A stretch of DNA of 64,000 bases from an uncultured delta proteobacterium (GTDB lineage Bacteria > Desulfobacterota > Binatia > HRBIN30 > BPIQ01). This document shows positions 17,157-28,880 of the stretch, piece after piece. The stretch lies in the NCBI GenBank assembly GCA_963761335.1, contig CAVXGR010000018.1, positions 1 to 64,000 on the forward strand, written 5' to 3'. Within the stretch, counting starts at the first letter, position 1. Every line of letters starts with the position of its first letter. Made by a program: the position numbers and the translations under genes. The notes below the pieces were generated by a model that saw nothing but the letters and a program-made list of their open reading frames with translations, ran no database searches and had not been told where the DNA came from.

Positions 17157-20100
17157 ATGTACGTGTACAGGAGCAATCGCGCCGAAGCGCTGGCCGAGGC
17201 GCTGGCGCAGGTGGTGGGGCGACCTCTGGAGGACCCGGCGGCGCGAGAGTGCATCGTCGTCCAGGGACGGGGCATGGAGCGCTGGCTGTCGATGGAGCTG
17301 TCGCGGCGGCTCGGCGTCTGGGCCAACCCGGACTTTCCGTTCCCGCGGCGGCTGATCGAGCGCGCCGTGGAGAGCGTGCTCGGCGCGGACCCGGCGCCCG
17401 CAATGGAGCCGGAGAGCGCCATGTGGTCGATCGCCGCGATCCTGCCGTCCTGCCTGTCGCGCCCGGAGTTCGCCGAGATTCGCCGCTACCTCGACGGCGA
17501 CGAGCGCGGCATCCGCCTGATCCAGCTGGCGCAGCGCCTGGCCGACACCTTCGACCACTACACCGTCTACCGCCCGGAGATGATCCTCGGCTGGGACCAG
17601 GGGAAGGACGGCGGCTGGCAGGCGCGGCTCTGGCGCATGCTGCGGGAGCGCCACGGGCTCTCTCACGTCGCCGCCCGGGCTCGCGACTTCTTCGCCGCCC
17701 TCCGCCGCGGCAGTCGCGTCGGCGGCGACTTCCCCCGGCGTCTGAGCCTCTTCGGGCTGTCGACGCTGCCACCCCTGTACGTGCGCATTCTCGGCGGGCT
17801 GGCGCAGCAGGTCGAGGTGCACCTCTTCCTCCTCAGCCCGTCGAGCGAGTACTGGGGCGAGATCCGCTCGCGCCGCGAGATGCTGCGCCGGCGGCAGCCC
17901 GAGGGCGGCGGCGCTTCCGAAGAGGCGCTGTCGCTGGTGGAGGGCAATCCACTGCTCGCCTCGCTGGGCCGCCTCGGCCGCGACTTCCAGGAGGTGCTGG
18001 AGTCGTTGGTCGACTACACGGAATCGGGCGGCGACCTGTACCGCGGCCCGGGAGCGGAGACCGTCCTCGCGGCGCTGCAAGCGGACATCCTCGATCTGGT
18101 GAACCGCGGCCGCGAGGGGCAACCGGCGCCCTTGCCGTTTCCGGCGGGCGACGTGTCGGTCCAGGTCCATTCCTGTCACGGGCCCATGCGCGAGATCGAG
18201 ATCTTGCACGATCAGCTGCTCGCTCTCTTCGACGGCGACCACGACCTGCAACCCCACGACGTGGTGGTGATGACGCCGTCGATCGATGCCTTTGCGCCCT
18301 ACATCGAGGCGGTGTTCGACTCGCGGGATCGTCCGTTCATCCCCTACCGGCTGGCCGACCGCAGCGCCCGCGCCTCGCTGGAAGTGTTCGACGCCTTGCT
18401 GCGCCTGCTCGCCGTCCTCCGCGGGCGGATGACGGCGCCCGAGGTGCTCGACCTGCTCGCCATCGAGGTGATCGGCTCGCGCTTCGGGATCTGCGCCGAT
18501 GATCTCGAGCTGCTGCGCAAATGGATCACCGAGAGCGGCATCCGCTGGGGCGTCGATGCCGCCCACCGCGAAGCCGTCGGCCAGCCGCCCTTTGCGGAGA
18601 ACACCTGGCGCTTCGGGCTCGACCGATTGCTGCTCGGCTATGCCATGTGCGGCGAGAATCGGCTTCTCTTCGCCGGCGTTCTCCCCTACGACGACGTCGA
18701 GGGCACGGAAGCCGTGCTCCTCGGCCGCCTCGCCGAGTTCGCCGAACGCCTCTTTGATTTTCGCGATCGCCTGCAGGCGCCGCGCTCACTCGACGACTGG
18801 CGCCGCGATCTGGGGGCGCTTCTGGAGGCGATGATCGACAGCGACGAGGCGAGCGCCTACCAGCACCGGCAGATCCAGGAGGCGCTGGCGGAGCTCGCGG
18901 CGCGCGGCGCCAAAGCCGGGTTCGAGGCGGCGGTGGATCTCGATGCGCTGCGCGCCGAGCTCGAGCGCGAGCTGCAGCGCGGCGCCGCGGCGCACGGCTT
19001 CCTCTCCGGCGGCGTCACCTTCTGCGAGATGGTGCCGATGCGCTCCATTCCGTTCCGGGTCGTGTGCCTGGTGGGCATGAGCGACGGCGCCTTTCCCCGC
19101 ATCCGCCGGCCGCTCGGCTTCGACCTCGTGGCGCAGCGGCCGAGGCCGGGGGACCGCTCGCAGCGCGACGACGATCGCTATCTGTTCCTCGAGGCGCTGC
19201 TCTCGGCTCGCGATCGGCTGCTGATCACCTATACCGGGCAGAGCATCAGCGACAACACCGCCATCCCTCCGTCGGTAGTGGTCAGCGAGCTGCTGGACGC
19301 CGTGCGGCAGTCGTTCGAGCTCGGTGCGCCCGGCGGCGTCGAGCGCGCCTTGGTGGTGCGCCACCCGCTGCAGCCGTTCAGCCCTCGCTACTTCAGGGAG
19401 GACGGCGATCGGCGCCTGTTCAGCTACGTCCACTCGTACTGCAATGGAGCTGCGGCGCTGCGAGAGCGCCACGCACAGGCGCCATTCGTATCGGCTCCTC
19501 TGCGGCTCGAGCCGGGCGCTCTCGGCGCGCTCGACCTGGAGGACCTGATTCAGTTCTTCCGCGACCCCTCCAAGTATTTCCTGCAGCGGCGCCTCGGCCT
19601 CTATCTCGGCGGCGACGCTCCCCTGGTCGAGGATCGCGAGCCGATCGCGCTCGACAACCTGGAGCGCTGGGAGGTCGGGGACGCGTTGCTGAAACGCCGC
19701 CTCGACGGCGTGAATCTCGAGGCGGCGCTGGCGGCGATGCGCGCCAGCGGACGACTGCCGTTGGGGGTTCCGGGCACCTGCCTCTACGCCGATCTGTGCC
19801 CCGAGGTCGAGGCCCTGGCAAAGAGAGCCGAAGGCGCCATGAGCGGTGGGCGACTGAGCGCCGTGGAGATCGATGCCGAGATCGGCGGCACGCATCTCAC
19901 CGGCGTCCTGCGCGACGTCTTCGCCGCGGCGCAGGTGAGGCATCAGTTCTCTCGTCTGGGCGGCGCCTCGGAGCTGGAGCTGTGGATTCGCCACCTGGCG
20001 CTGAGCTGCTTTGCGCGCGCGCCTTATCCGCGCCGGAGCATTCTCATCGGTCGCCCGGTGTCGCCAAGGGAGCGGGTGACGGAGATCCGCTTCCGGCCGG

Positions 20101-20468
20101 TTCCGGAAGCGGCCGCGCTCCTCGAGCGCCTGCTGCTCCTCTACCGCATCGGACAGGAGGTGCCGCTGCCACTGTTCAAGAAGGCCTCGCGCATCTATGC
20201 CCAGAAACTGGCCGGCAAGGGAGAGGCGGCGCGCCAGAGTGCCCTGGCTGGCGCGCGTCAGGCGTACGAGGACAGGGGCGGTGGTCCATGGGCGGGCATG
20301 GGAGATGCGGCAAACGCCTACGTGGCGCAGATCTACGGCGATCGCGACCCGCTCGATCCGGACTTCGCGTCGTTCGCCTGCCGCGACGCACCCGCCGGCG
20401 TCAGCTTCGCGGCGGCGGCGGAGGAGGTCTTCGGGCCGCTGCTGGCGCACCGCGAGGAGGTGCCGTGA
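17157..20468 (+). CDS. recC: Exodeoxyribonuclease V gamma subunit
   Basis: YRSNRAE, GMERWL, NPLLASLGRLGRDF, HSCHGPMREIE, PMRSIPF, DDRYLFLE, HPLQPFS. Confidence 0.96.
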   Translation: MYVYRSNRAEALAEALAQVVGRPLEDPAARECIVVQGRGMERWLSMELSRRLGVWANPDFPFPRRLIERAVESVLGADPAPAMEPESAMWSIAAILPSCLSRPEFAEIRRYLDGDERGIRLIQLAQRLADTFDHYTVYRPEMILGWDQGKDGGWQARLWRMLRERHGLSHVAARARDFFAALRRGSRVGGDFPRRLSLFGLSTLPPLYVRILGGLAQQVEVHLFLLSPSSEYWGEIRSRREMLRRRQPEGGGASEEALSLVEGNPLLASLGRLGRDFQEVLESLVDYTESGGDLYRGPGAETVLAALQADILDLVNRGREGQPAPLPFPAGDVSVQVHSCHGPMREIEILHDQLLALFDGDHDLQPHDVVVMTPSIDAFAPYIEAVFDSRDRPFIPYRLADRSARASLEVFDALLRLLAVLRGRMTAPEVLDLLAIEVIGSRFGICADDLELLRKWITESGIRWGVDAAHREAVGQPPFAENTWRFGLDRLLLGYAMCGENRLLFAGVLPYDDVEGTEAVLLGRLAEFAERLFDFRDRLQAPRSLDDWRRDLGALLEAMIDSDEASAYQHRQIQEALAELAARGAKAGFEAAVDLDALRAELERELQRGAAAHGFLSGGVTFCEMVPMRSIPFRVVCLVGMSDGAFPRIRRPLGFDLVAQRPRPGDRSQRDDDRYLFLEALLSARDRLLITYTGQSISDNTAIPPSVVVSELLDAVRQSFELGAPGGVERALVVRHPLQPFSPRYFREDGDRRLFSYVHSYCNGAAALRERHAQAPFVSAPLRLEPGALGALDLEDLIQFFRDPSKYFLQRRLGLYLGGDAPLVEDREPIALDNLERWEVGDALLKRRLDGVNLEAALAAMRASGRLPLGVPGTCLYADLCPEVEALAKRAEGAMSGGRLSAVEIDAEIGGTHLTGVLRDVFAAAQVRHQFSRLGGASELELWIRHLALSCFARAPYPRRSILIGRPVSPRERVTEIRFRPVPEAAALLERLLLLYRIGQEVPLPLFKKASRIYAQKLAGKGEAARQSALAGARQAYEDRGGGPWAGMGDAANAYVAQIYGDRDPLDPDFASFACRDAPAGVSFAAAAEEVFGPLLAHREEVP

Positions 20469-23400
20469 AGCGGCTCGATCCGCTGGCGGTTCCGCTCCGG
20501 GGAACGACGCTGATCGAGGCCAGTGCCGGTACCGGCAAGACGCACACGATCACCACGCTCTACGTCCGCCTGCTGCTGGAGGAGAAGCTCTCGGTCGGTG
20601 AGATCCTCGTGGTCACCTACACCAATGCCGCCACGGCCGAGCTGCGTGGCCGCGTGCGCGCTCGCCTGGTGGCGGCGCATGCGGCCCTCTGCAGCGGCGG
20701 CGCCGGCGGCGACGAGGACATGGATCGCCTGGCGCGGCAGCGCCTCGCCGCCGGCGACGTCGAGGACGACCGCCGCCGTCTGCTTGCCGCCCTCCACGGT
20801 TTCGACGAGGCGGCGATCTTCACCATTCACGGCTTCTGCCAGCGCGTCCTGCAGGAAGACGCCTTCGAGAGCGGCGTCGCCTTCGACACCGAGCTGGTGA
20901 CCGACGAGACGGTGCTGCGCCAGCAGGTGGTGCGCGACTTCTGGGTGCGCGAGGTCCACGACGCTCCCGAGGTCCTGGTGCGCTATCTGATGAACGGTCC
21001 CAAGCCGCTCGACGTCAAGATGCTCGACGCCCTGCTGCGACAGGCGCTGCTGCACCGCGACATGCCGCTGCTCCCCGACGCCGCGCGCCTGGAGCTGGAG
21101 GCGGCGCGCCAGGGTCTGTTGGCGGCGCTACGGTCCTGGCGGCGAAGCTGTGGAAGGAGGAAGGCGACCGAGATCGTTGGGCTCGCTGTGCGGCGGGGTC
21201 CTTGCGAGGCAACCAGTACAAGCCCAGACAGCGATCAGAAGCGAGTGGGTCCGCGCTGCTGGACGAGTTCTTCGAGGCCCGGATCTCGGCGCCGAGAAGG
21301 CGTGCAGGCCCCTCCGCTACATGAAGACGGCGCAGCTTCGAGAGAGCACGAAGAAGGGGAAGCAGACGCCCCGAGCACGATCTTCTTTGCGCCTGTGACC
21401 AGCTGGTCGCCGCCGACGATCGAATCTGTGGTCTGTTGGCGGAAACCGTGATCGCCCTGGAGCACGAGGCGGTGGACTACGGGCGGCGCGAGATGCGGCG
21501 GCGCAAGGAAGAAGCGAACACGCAGTTCTTCGACGATCTGCTCCTGCGCCTGGACGAGGCGCTGCGCGGCGACGGCGCCGAGACGCTGGCTCGGCGCATC
21601 CGCGACCGCTACCGCGTCGCCCTGATCGACGAGTTCCAGGACACCGATCCAATCCAGTACCGCATCTTCCGCCGCATCTACGCGGCGCCGGATGCGGGCG
21701 GTGCTCTCTTCCTCATCGGCGACCCGAAGCAGGCGATCTACGCCTTCCGCGGCGCCGACGTGTTCGCCTACATCGAGGCCAAGGGTGCCGCCGGGGATCA
21801 GGCCTACGAGCTGAACGTCAACCGCCGCTCCGATCCGTCCCTGATCGAGGGCGTCAGTGCCGTATTCGGGCGTGCCCGCGAGCCGTTCGTGTTCGCCGAC
21901 ATTCCCTTTCTTCCGGTGCTGCCGGCGCCCGAATCCAGTGACCGACTCGGGGATTTCCCGGGGTCGGGTGCGCCGTTGCAGATCCTCTTCGTCGCCCGGG
22001 GCGAGGGGGACAAGTGGGTCAGTAAACGGGAGGCGGAGCTGCCGCGCCGGGTGGCGGCCGAGATCGACCGCTTGCTGAGCTCGCGCGCCACCATTGGCGG
22101 CGAGAGGATCCTGCCGAGCGACGTGGCCATTCTCTGCCGCACCAATGCCGAGGCGCAGTCGATGCAGGCGGCGCTGCGCGAGCTGCGCATCGCGTGCGTT
22201 CTGCAGGGCGATTCCAGCGTCTTCGAATCGGTCGAGGCGGCCGAGCTCGAGCGTGTTCTGCGCGCCATGGCCAGCCCGGGCGAGGCGCGGGCGCTGAAAG
22301 CGGCGCTCGCCACCCCCATCTTCGGTCTCGATGCGGCGCAGCTGTACGAGCTGCAGGACGACGAGGGCGAGTGGGACAAATGGGTGCGTCACTTTCAGGC
22401 CTGGCACGAGACCTGGGTGGCACACGGATTCATTCCGTCGTTCCGGCAGATGCTCGGCGAGGGCCAGGCGCACGAGCGCCTCCTGTCTCTCGTCGACGGC
22501 GAGCGCCGTCTGACGAATTTCCTGCACCTCGGCGAGCTGCTGCAGGCGGAGGCGGTGGAGAGCCGTCGCGGACCGCTGGCGCTGGTGGAGTGGCTGGCGC
22601 AGATGCGCGCCGATGAGGAGGCGCGCCGCGGCGCCGTCGGCGAGGCGGCACAGATCCGCCTGGAGAGCGATGCGGAGGCTCTCAAGCTGCTCACCGTCCA
22701 CAAGAGCAAGGGGCTCCAGTACCCGATCGTCTACTGCCCCTATCTCTGGGGCAAGTCGTTTCTCCACGACACCGACAAGCGTTTCCTCCGTTTTCACGAT
22801 CCCGCCGACGGCAACCGCCTGAAGCTCGACCTCGGCTCCGACGACCTCGAAGCGCACCTGGCGCTCGCGGAGCGGGAGGCGCTGGCGGAGAACCTGCGGC
22901 TCCTGTACGTGGCGATGACGCGCGCCAAGCATCGCTGCTCCGTCGTCTGGGGTCGCTTTCACCAGGCGGAGACCTCGGCGCTCGCCTACCTGCTACACCA
23001 GCCAGAGCAGCCGGCGGGCGATCTGCGGCAGGAAGTGATCGCCCGGTTGCAGCGAATGTCCGACGACGAGATGCGCGCCGATCTGCGCCGGCTGGAGATC
23101 GCCGCGCCCGGCGCAATCGGCGTGGACGACCTCACCTCTGCGGCCGTCCCGGCCGCCCCCGGGAGCGCGGCCGTCCCGGCCGCTCCTGTCTTGAGCGCCC
23201 GAACTTCCCAGCGCACCCTGCAGAGCCTCTGGCGCACCTCGAGCTTCACCGGTCTGGTTGCCGGCGGCGGTCGCATCAGTCGCCCCGCCGAGGAAGGTAT
23301 CGATCGCGACGAGGTGGCGATCGAGCCGGCAAGCGGGGAGGCGCCGCCGCTGCCGGCCGCCAGCCTCGTCCGCCTCCACGACTTTCCCAGCGGCGCGCGT

Positions 23401-24144
23401 TCGGGCCAGCTGATTCACGATCTGCTCGAGCACCTCGACTTCGCGGACTCCGGCGCTCCGCATCCCGAGCAGGTGGCCGAGGTGCTGCTGCGGCATGGCC
23501 TCGATCCCTCCTGGGAGCCGGCTCTCCGCCTGGCGCTGGGCGAGGTGCTCGACACTCCACTCCGCGGCGCCGGCGAGCCCTTCTCGCTGCGACAGATTCC
23601 CGCGGCGCGGCGGCGCGCCGAGATGGAGTTCATCTTCCCGGTTGCGGGCACGGGCAGGCAACCGCTCACCAGTCCGGGGCTGGCCGAGGTGATGGCGCGC
23701 TACGGTGCCGCGACCATGCCGCCGGGTTATGCGGGTCGTCTGGCGGCGCTGCGTTTCAAGGAGCTGGAAGGCTATCTGCGCGGCTTCATCGATCTCGTCT
23801 TCGAGAGCGGCGGGCGCTGGTACGTGGTCGACTACAAGTCGAATCATCTCGGTCCCCGGCCCGCCGATTATCGGGCAGCGCGCCTGCCGCAGGTGATGGC
23901 GGATCACCACTACATCCTCCAGTACCATCTCTACGCCGTCGCCCTGCACCGCTACCTCGGGCTGCGCCTGGCGGGCTACGACTACGAGAGCCACTTCGGC
24001 GGCGTCTACTACCTCTTCCTGCGCGGCATGTCGCCCGAGTACCCGCGGCACAACGGGGTCTTCTGGGATCGGCCCGGCGGCGCTCTGATCGAGGCGCTGT
24101 CGCAGCTTCTCGCCGGGGCCGCCGACGGCGGGAGGATGCGGTGA
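20465..24144 (+). CDS. recB: Exodeoxyribonuclease V beta subunit; several frameshifts at about 21120-21440
   Basis: LIEASAGTGKT, TIHGFCQR (20465-21451 frame); DEFQDTD, IGDPKQAIYAFRGAD, TVHKSKGL, LLYVAMTRA, GFIDLVF..DYKSN (21436-24144 frame). GTGA overlap with recC. Confidence 0.93.
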
Positions 24145-26002
24145 GCGACACCCTCACCCTGACTGCGGGAGCGCGGCGTGCTGTCACCTCTGGACGCGCA
24201 GTTCGCGCGCGCCCTGGCGCGCATGTCCGGCGAGGAGAGCCCGGACGTGGTCCTGGCCGCGGCGCTGGCCAGCAGCCGCGTCGCCCGCGGGCACGTCTGC
24301 CTCGACCTCCCCGCTTTCCTGGGGCGCTGCGATCTGGTCGACGAGGCGGGCGAACCCGTCGAGGATCTTCGCTGGCCGCCGGCGGAGAGCTGGCTCGACG
24401 CCCTGCGCCGCAGCCGGCTGGTTGCCGGCGATGTCTCGCCGCTGGTTCTCGACCGTGCCGGACGGCTGTATCTGCGGCGCTACTGGGAATACGAGAGGCG
24501 GCTCGCGGAGGGGCTGCGGGCGCGGGCGACGGCGATGGAAGAGGACCTCGACGTCGATCTTCTGCGCCAGGGGCTCGCCCGGATGTTTCCCGGCGAGCCG
24601 GCGATGGGAACGGACTGGCAGCGGGTGGCGGCGTTGACGGCGGTGCAGCGCCGCCTGTGCGTCATCTCGGGCGGTCCGGGAACGGGGAAGACCTTCACCG
24701 TGGTGAAGATCCTGGCGCTCCTCGTCGAGCAGGCGCTGCACGCCGAGCAGGCGTCCGCCGCGCATCACCCTGCTGGCGCCCACCGGCAAGGCGGCGGCGC
24801 GCCTGGTCGAGTCGATTCGCCGCGCCAAGGAAGGTCTCGACTGTGCCGAGGAGGTGAAGAGCGCCATACGCGAGGAAGCGGCGACCATTCACCGCTGCCT
24901 CGGCTCGATCGCCGGCAGCGGCACGCGTTTCCGGCGCAATCGCGACAATCCGCTGATGGCCGACGTGGTGCTGGTCGACGAGGCCTCGATGGTGGATCTG
25001 GCGATGATGTCGCGCCTCATCGACGCCGTACCCGATGCGGCTCGCCTCATCCTGCTCGGCGACAAGGACCAGCTCTCATCCGTCGAGGCGGGAGCCGTGC
25101 TCGGCGACATCTGCAACAGCGGAGCGCCGCACCGTTTCTCCCGCCGCTTTGCCGCGGCCGTCGAGCGCATCAGCGGCCAGCGCCTGTCGCTTCCGGCGGA
25201 CGCGCCGCAGGAGAGCGGCATCTGGGACTGCATCGTCTCGCTGACGCACAGCTACCGCTACGAGGCCGAGAGCGGCATCGGCCAGCTGGCGGCGGCGATC
25301 AACCAGGGTGCCGCCGACGCGGTGCTGGAGATGCTGCAGTCCGGTGCCGGCGGCGTCGCTCTCGCGCCTGCCGGAGAGGACGGCGGCGCCGCCTGGCTGC
25401 AGTCGCGGGCCGTCGCCGGCTTCGCGCCCTATCTGCGCGAAGGCGATGCGGCGGCGCAGATGCGCGCCCTCGAGCGTTTCCGCGTGCTCTGCGCGCACCG
25501 CCGCGGCAGCGCCGGTGTCGAGACGATCAACGGCGAGATCGAGAGGGCGCTCGCGGAGGCCGGTCTGATTGAGCCCGGCGGCCAAAGCTACTATGCGGGA
25601 CGCCCGCTCATGATCACGCGCAACGACTACTCGCTCCGCCTCTTCAACGGCGATATCGGCCTGGTCGTGCGCGAGCCGGGCAGCGACGGGGCACGCGCCT
25701 TCTTCGCCGCCGAGGGCGGGCCGCGCCTCCTGTCGCCTTCGCGGCTGCCGCCGCACGAGACCGTGTTCGCCATGAGCGTACACAAGAGCCAGGGCTCGGA
25801 GTTCGACTCCGTGATCGTTCTGCTGCCGCCGCGAGTTTCCCCGGTGATCTCGCGCGAGCTGCTCTACACGGCAGTCACGCGGGCGCGGCAGTCGGTGACC
25901 ATCTGCGGCGCGCCCGAGGTGATTCGGGCTGCCGTCGAGCGGTGCATCGAGCGCGCCTCCGGCCTGCGCGAGGCGCTCTGGGACAACGGCGCCCCTGATT
26001 GA
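24141..26002 (+). CDS. recD: Exodeoxyribonuclease V alpha subunit; frameshifts near 24160 and 24750
   Basis: LYLRRYW, ISGGPGTGKT, LAPTGKAAARL, TIHR, VDEASMVD, GDKDQLSSVEAG, VHKSQGSEF, LYTAVTRA over three frames; GTGA overlap with recB. Confidence 0.93.
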
Positions 26003-26013
26003 TTGAGGAGAGC

Positions 26014-27195
26014 ATGGAGATCGAGCTGACGGATACCGAACGAATGCTGCGGGACACCTTTCGCGGCTATTTCACCCGCGAGATCGAGCCGCACGTGCCG
26101 AAGATGGAGAGCGGCGAGATGCTGCCCTACGACCTGATGCGCGGCATGCACCGGGCGCTGGGTCTCGACGGCATGATCGCGGCGGGCCGCCCCTCGAGTG
26201 GCGATCAGGGGCGGGCGGGCCTCGGCCTCGACGCCAACGCCTCGCGCTACGCGCGCACGACCTTCACGGTGGAGATGTCGCGCGTCAGCCCGTCATTTGC
26301 GCTCAGCTACGGCGCCAGCCTCGGGCTCTTCGGAGCCAACGTGCTCAACAAGGGCACGGAGGAGCAGATCGAGCGCTTCGCGCGCCCGGTGCTGCGCTGC
26401 GAGCGCATCGGCGCCTGGGGCCTCACCGAGCCGGGAGCGGGAAGCGACGCCCTGCGCGGCATGAAGACGACGGCGCGCCGCGACGGCGATGCGTACGTCC
26501 TCAACGGCAGCAAGACCTTCATCACCAACGCTCCGTACGCCGACGTGTTTCTCATCTACGCCCGGGTCACCGGCGGCGAGCTCGACGGCTCGATCCAGCC
26601 GTTCATCGTCGAACGCGGCGTCCCCGGGCTGTCCACCGGCCCGGCGATGAAGAAGATGGGCATGCGCGGCTCGCCCACCGGCGAGGTCTTCCTCGACGAG
26701 GTGCGCGTATCCGCCGATCAGCTCCTCGGCGGCGGCGTGCGCCAGCGGGATCACGTCAAGTCGAGCCTGGTATCCGAGCGCGGCGGCCTGTCGGTGATCT
26801 CCTACGGCATCGCCGAGCGCTGCTTCGAGATCGCCCGCGACTACGCCCGCGAGCGGCACCAGTTCGGGCAGCCGATCGCCAACTTCCAGCTGGTGCAGGG
26901 ACGGCTGGCGCGCATGTATGTCGCCCTCTCCAACTGTCGCCGCATCGTCTATGCCGATTATCTCGCCGGTCGGGCGCTGCGCGAGTCGACCGCCGACGTC
27001 TGCGCCGGCAAGCTCTACTGCGCCGAGATGGGAACCTTCGTCGCCTTCGAGGCCATCCACATCCTCGCCGGCAACGGCTACATGGAGGAGTACGTCGTCG
27101 AGCGCCTGGCGCGCGATGCCAAGCTCATCGAGCTCGGCGGCGGCACCACCGAGATGCAGATCCTCACCATTGCCAGAGAGATCCTGCGGGAGTGA
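26014..27195 (+). CDS. Acyl-CoA dehydrogenase (isovaleryl-CoA dehydrogenase-like)
   Basis: LTEPGAGSD, LNGSKTFITN, KMGMRGSPTGE, RHQFGQPIANFQ, GGGTTEMQ; SD GAGGAG. Confidence 0.93.
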   Translation: MEIELTDTERMLRDTFRGYFTREIEPHVPKMESGEMLPYDLMRGMHRALGLDGMIAAGRPSSGDQGRAGLGLDANASRYARTTFTVEMSRVSPSFALSYGASLGLFGANVLNKGTEEQIERFARPVLRCERIGAWGLTEPGAGSDALRGMKTTARRDGDAYVLNGSKTFITNAPYADVFLIYARVTGGELDGSIQPFIVERGVPGLSTGPAMKKMGMRGSPTGEVFLDEVRVSADQLLGGGVRQRDHVKSSLVSERGGLSVISYGIAERCFEIARDYARERHQFGQPIANFQLVQGRLARMYVALSNCRRIVYADYLAGRALRESTADVCAGKLYCAEMGTFVAFEAIHILAGNGYMEEYVVERLARDAKLIELGGGTTEMQILTIAREILRE

Positions 27196-27200
27196 GGAAC

Positions 27201-27295
27201 GGGGACGGCAACTTTTGCGCTTGTTAGATCTGTATGGATCGCCGGTCTCGTTGCAAAGTGCGTCGCTGGCGCGTTTCTGGAGAATCGCTGTCCCC
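27201..27295. repeat. GGGGAC...GTCCCC inverted-repeat element, family B copy 1
   Basis: ggggacggcaacttttgcg...gctgtcccc; related to 28783, 55254 and 55348. Confidence 0.65.
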
Positions 27296-28721
27296 TAGTC
27301 GTGCGGCTCGAACGCGCATCTCGCCGGACATCGCTGGCGACCCGCAGCGGCGCCGCGGTGGCCGCCTTGACGTCGTCGGCGGTGAGCCCCGGGGCGATTT
27401 CGCGCAGCAGGAATCCGTCCGCGTCGACGTCGATCCAGGCGAGGTCGGTGACCACCGCGGTGACGCAGCCGAGAGCGGTGGCCGGGTGGTTGAGGCGCTC
27501 GACCAGCTTCGACTGGCGGTTGCGCTCGCGGTGGTAGCAGATGGCGATGACGCGGGCGCCGCCGGCGGCGAGGTCCATGGCGCCGCCGATACCGCCGCTG
27601 CCGCTCGGCGTGCTCCAGTTGGCCAGGTCGCCGGTCTGCGCCACCTCGAAGGCGCCGAGGATCACGGTGGAGACGCGGCCGCTGCGCGCCATGGCGAAGG
27701 AGACGGTGGAGTCGAAGTAGGCGGTGCCGGGGATCGGCGTCACCAGCTGGCCGCTGGCGTTGTAGAGGTCGATGTCCTCGTCGCCTTCGTCGGGAAAGCC
27801 GCCGTAGCCGAGGATGCCGTTCTCGGAGTGCAGGCTGATGTCGCGTCCGGCGACGTAATTGGACACCAGCGTCGGTAGGCCGATGCCGAGGTTGACGTAC
27901 TCTCCGGGGCGCAGAAGGGCCGCCGCCTTCATCGCCATCAGATCCGGGGGCAGGCCCATCGGACCGCCGTCGTGAAGCGGTCGTCCTTCGCCCCCGGCGG
28001 TGCGGCCGAATGCCATGAGGATCTGCCGCAGAACGCCGACGTCCAGGTGGGTGGTCGTCTGCACCACCCGGTCGACGAAGATGCCCGGAGTGACGATCGC
28101 TTCCGGATCGAGATCGCCGAGGGCGACCACCTCGCGCACCTCGGCGATCGTCGTCTTTGCCGCAGTGGCGAAGCCGGGGCCGAAGTTGCGCATGCCGCGG
28201 CGGTAGGTGAGATTTCCGGCAGGATCAGCCTGATGGGCCTGCAGCAGGGCGAAGTCGGCGGTGATGGCGCGCTCGAAGATGTAGCGCTTGCCGTCGAAGA
28301 CGCGCTCTTCCTTCCCCGCGGCCACGGCGGTGCCGACTCCGGTCGGCGTGAAGAAGCCGGCGAGCCCGGCGCCGCCGGCGCGCACCCGCTCGATCAGGGT
28401 GCCCTGCGGCACCATCTCGACCTCGATCTCCCCGGCCTTCACCATCTCGCTGATCGGCGTCGGCATCGATGGTGCGCCGACGTAGCTGCACACCAGCCGG
28501 CGCACCTGCTTCTTGTCGGCGAGGATGTTGAGCGAGGTGGGTCCGCCGGCGGGGGTGTTGCAGATGACGGTGAGATTCTTCACGCCGCGCTCGGCGAGCG
28601 CCAGCAGGCAGTCGGTCGGCCACGCCTGCGGTGGCCCGAAGCTGTGGACGAGGACCGAGGCGCCGTCGCCGATGTCGGCGACCGCCTGGCGCGCGGAGTC
28701 GCAGATTCGCTTGCGGATCAT
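27295..28721 (-). CDS. Fused 3-oxoacid CoA-transferase (A+B subunits); probable indels in the last ~10 codons
   Basis: PQGTLIERVRAGGAG, TPGIFVDRV, NLGIGLPT, catalytic SENG, GGAMDL. As read it runs on to 27078 over the convergent gene; the likely true stop is the TAG at 27295-27297. Confidence 0.88.
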
Positions 28722-28782
28722 GGGCCGGCGACATTGCAGGAAGGAGGGCGCTTGGCAAGGCTGGGAGCGCCCTGGTGAGGAT

Positions 28783-28852
28783 GGGGACAGGCTACTCGGA
28801 GCCGAATCCGAGCTGCAGCTCAAAAGCCGAGACGCAAAAGTAGCCTGTCCCC
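28783..28852. repeat. Family B inverted-repeat element copy 2
   Basis: Perfect 14-bp terminal IR GGGGACAGGCTACT / AGTAGCCTGTCCCC. Confidence 0.75.
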
Positions 28853-28880
28853 GACGGGCGTGTTATCGAAAGGGGCTCCG

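Noticed and set aside
21120..21440. Programmed frameshift, intein or insertion element in recB
   Set aside because: Multiple scattered single-base shifts, no slippery heptamer, no IRs or target duplication, no intein motifs; best explained as sequence error.
24160..24162. In-frame TGA upstream of the recD body as selenocysteine/readthrough
   Set aside because: Non-catalytic position with no evident SECIS; the GTGA-coupled start in another frame indicates an indel.
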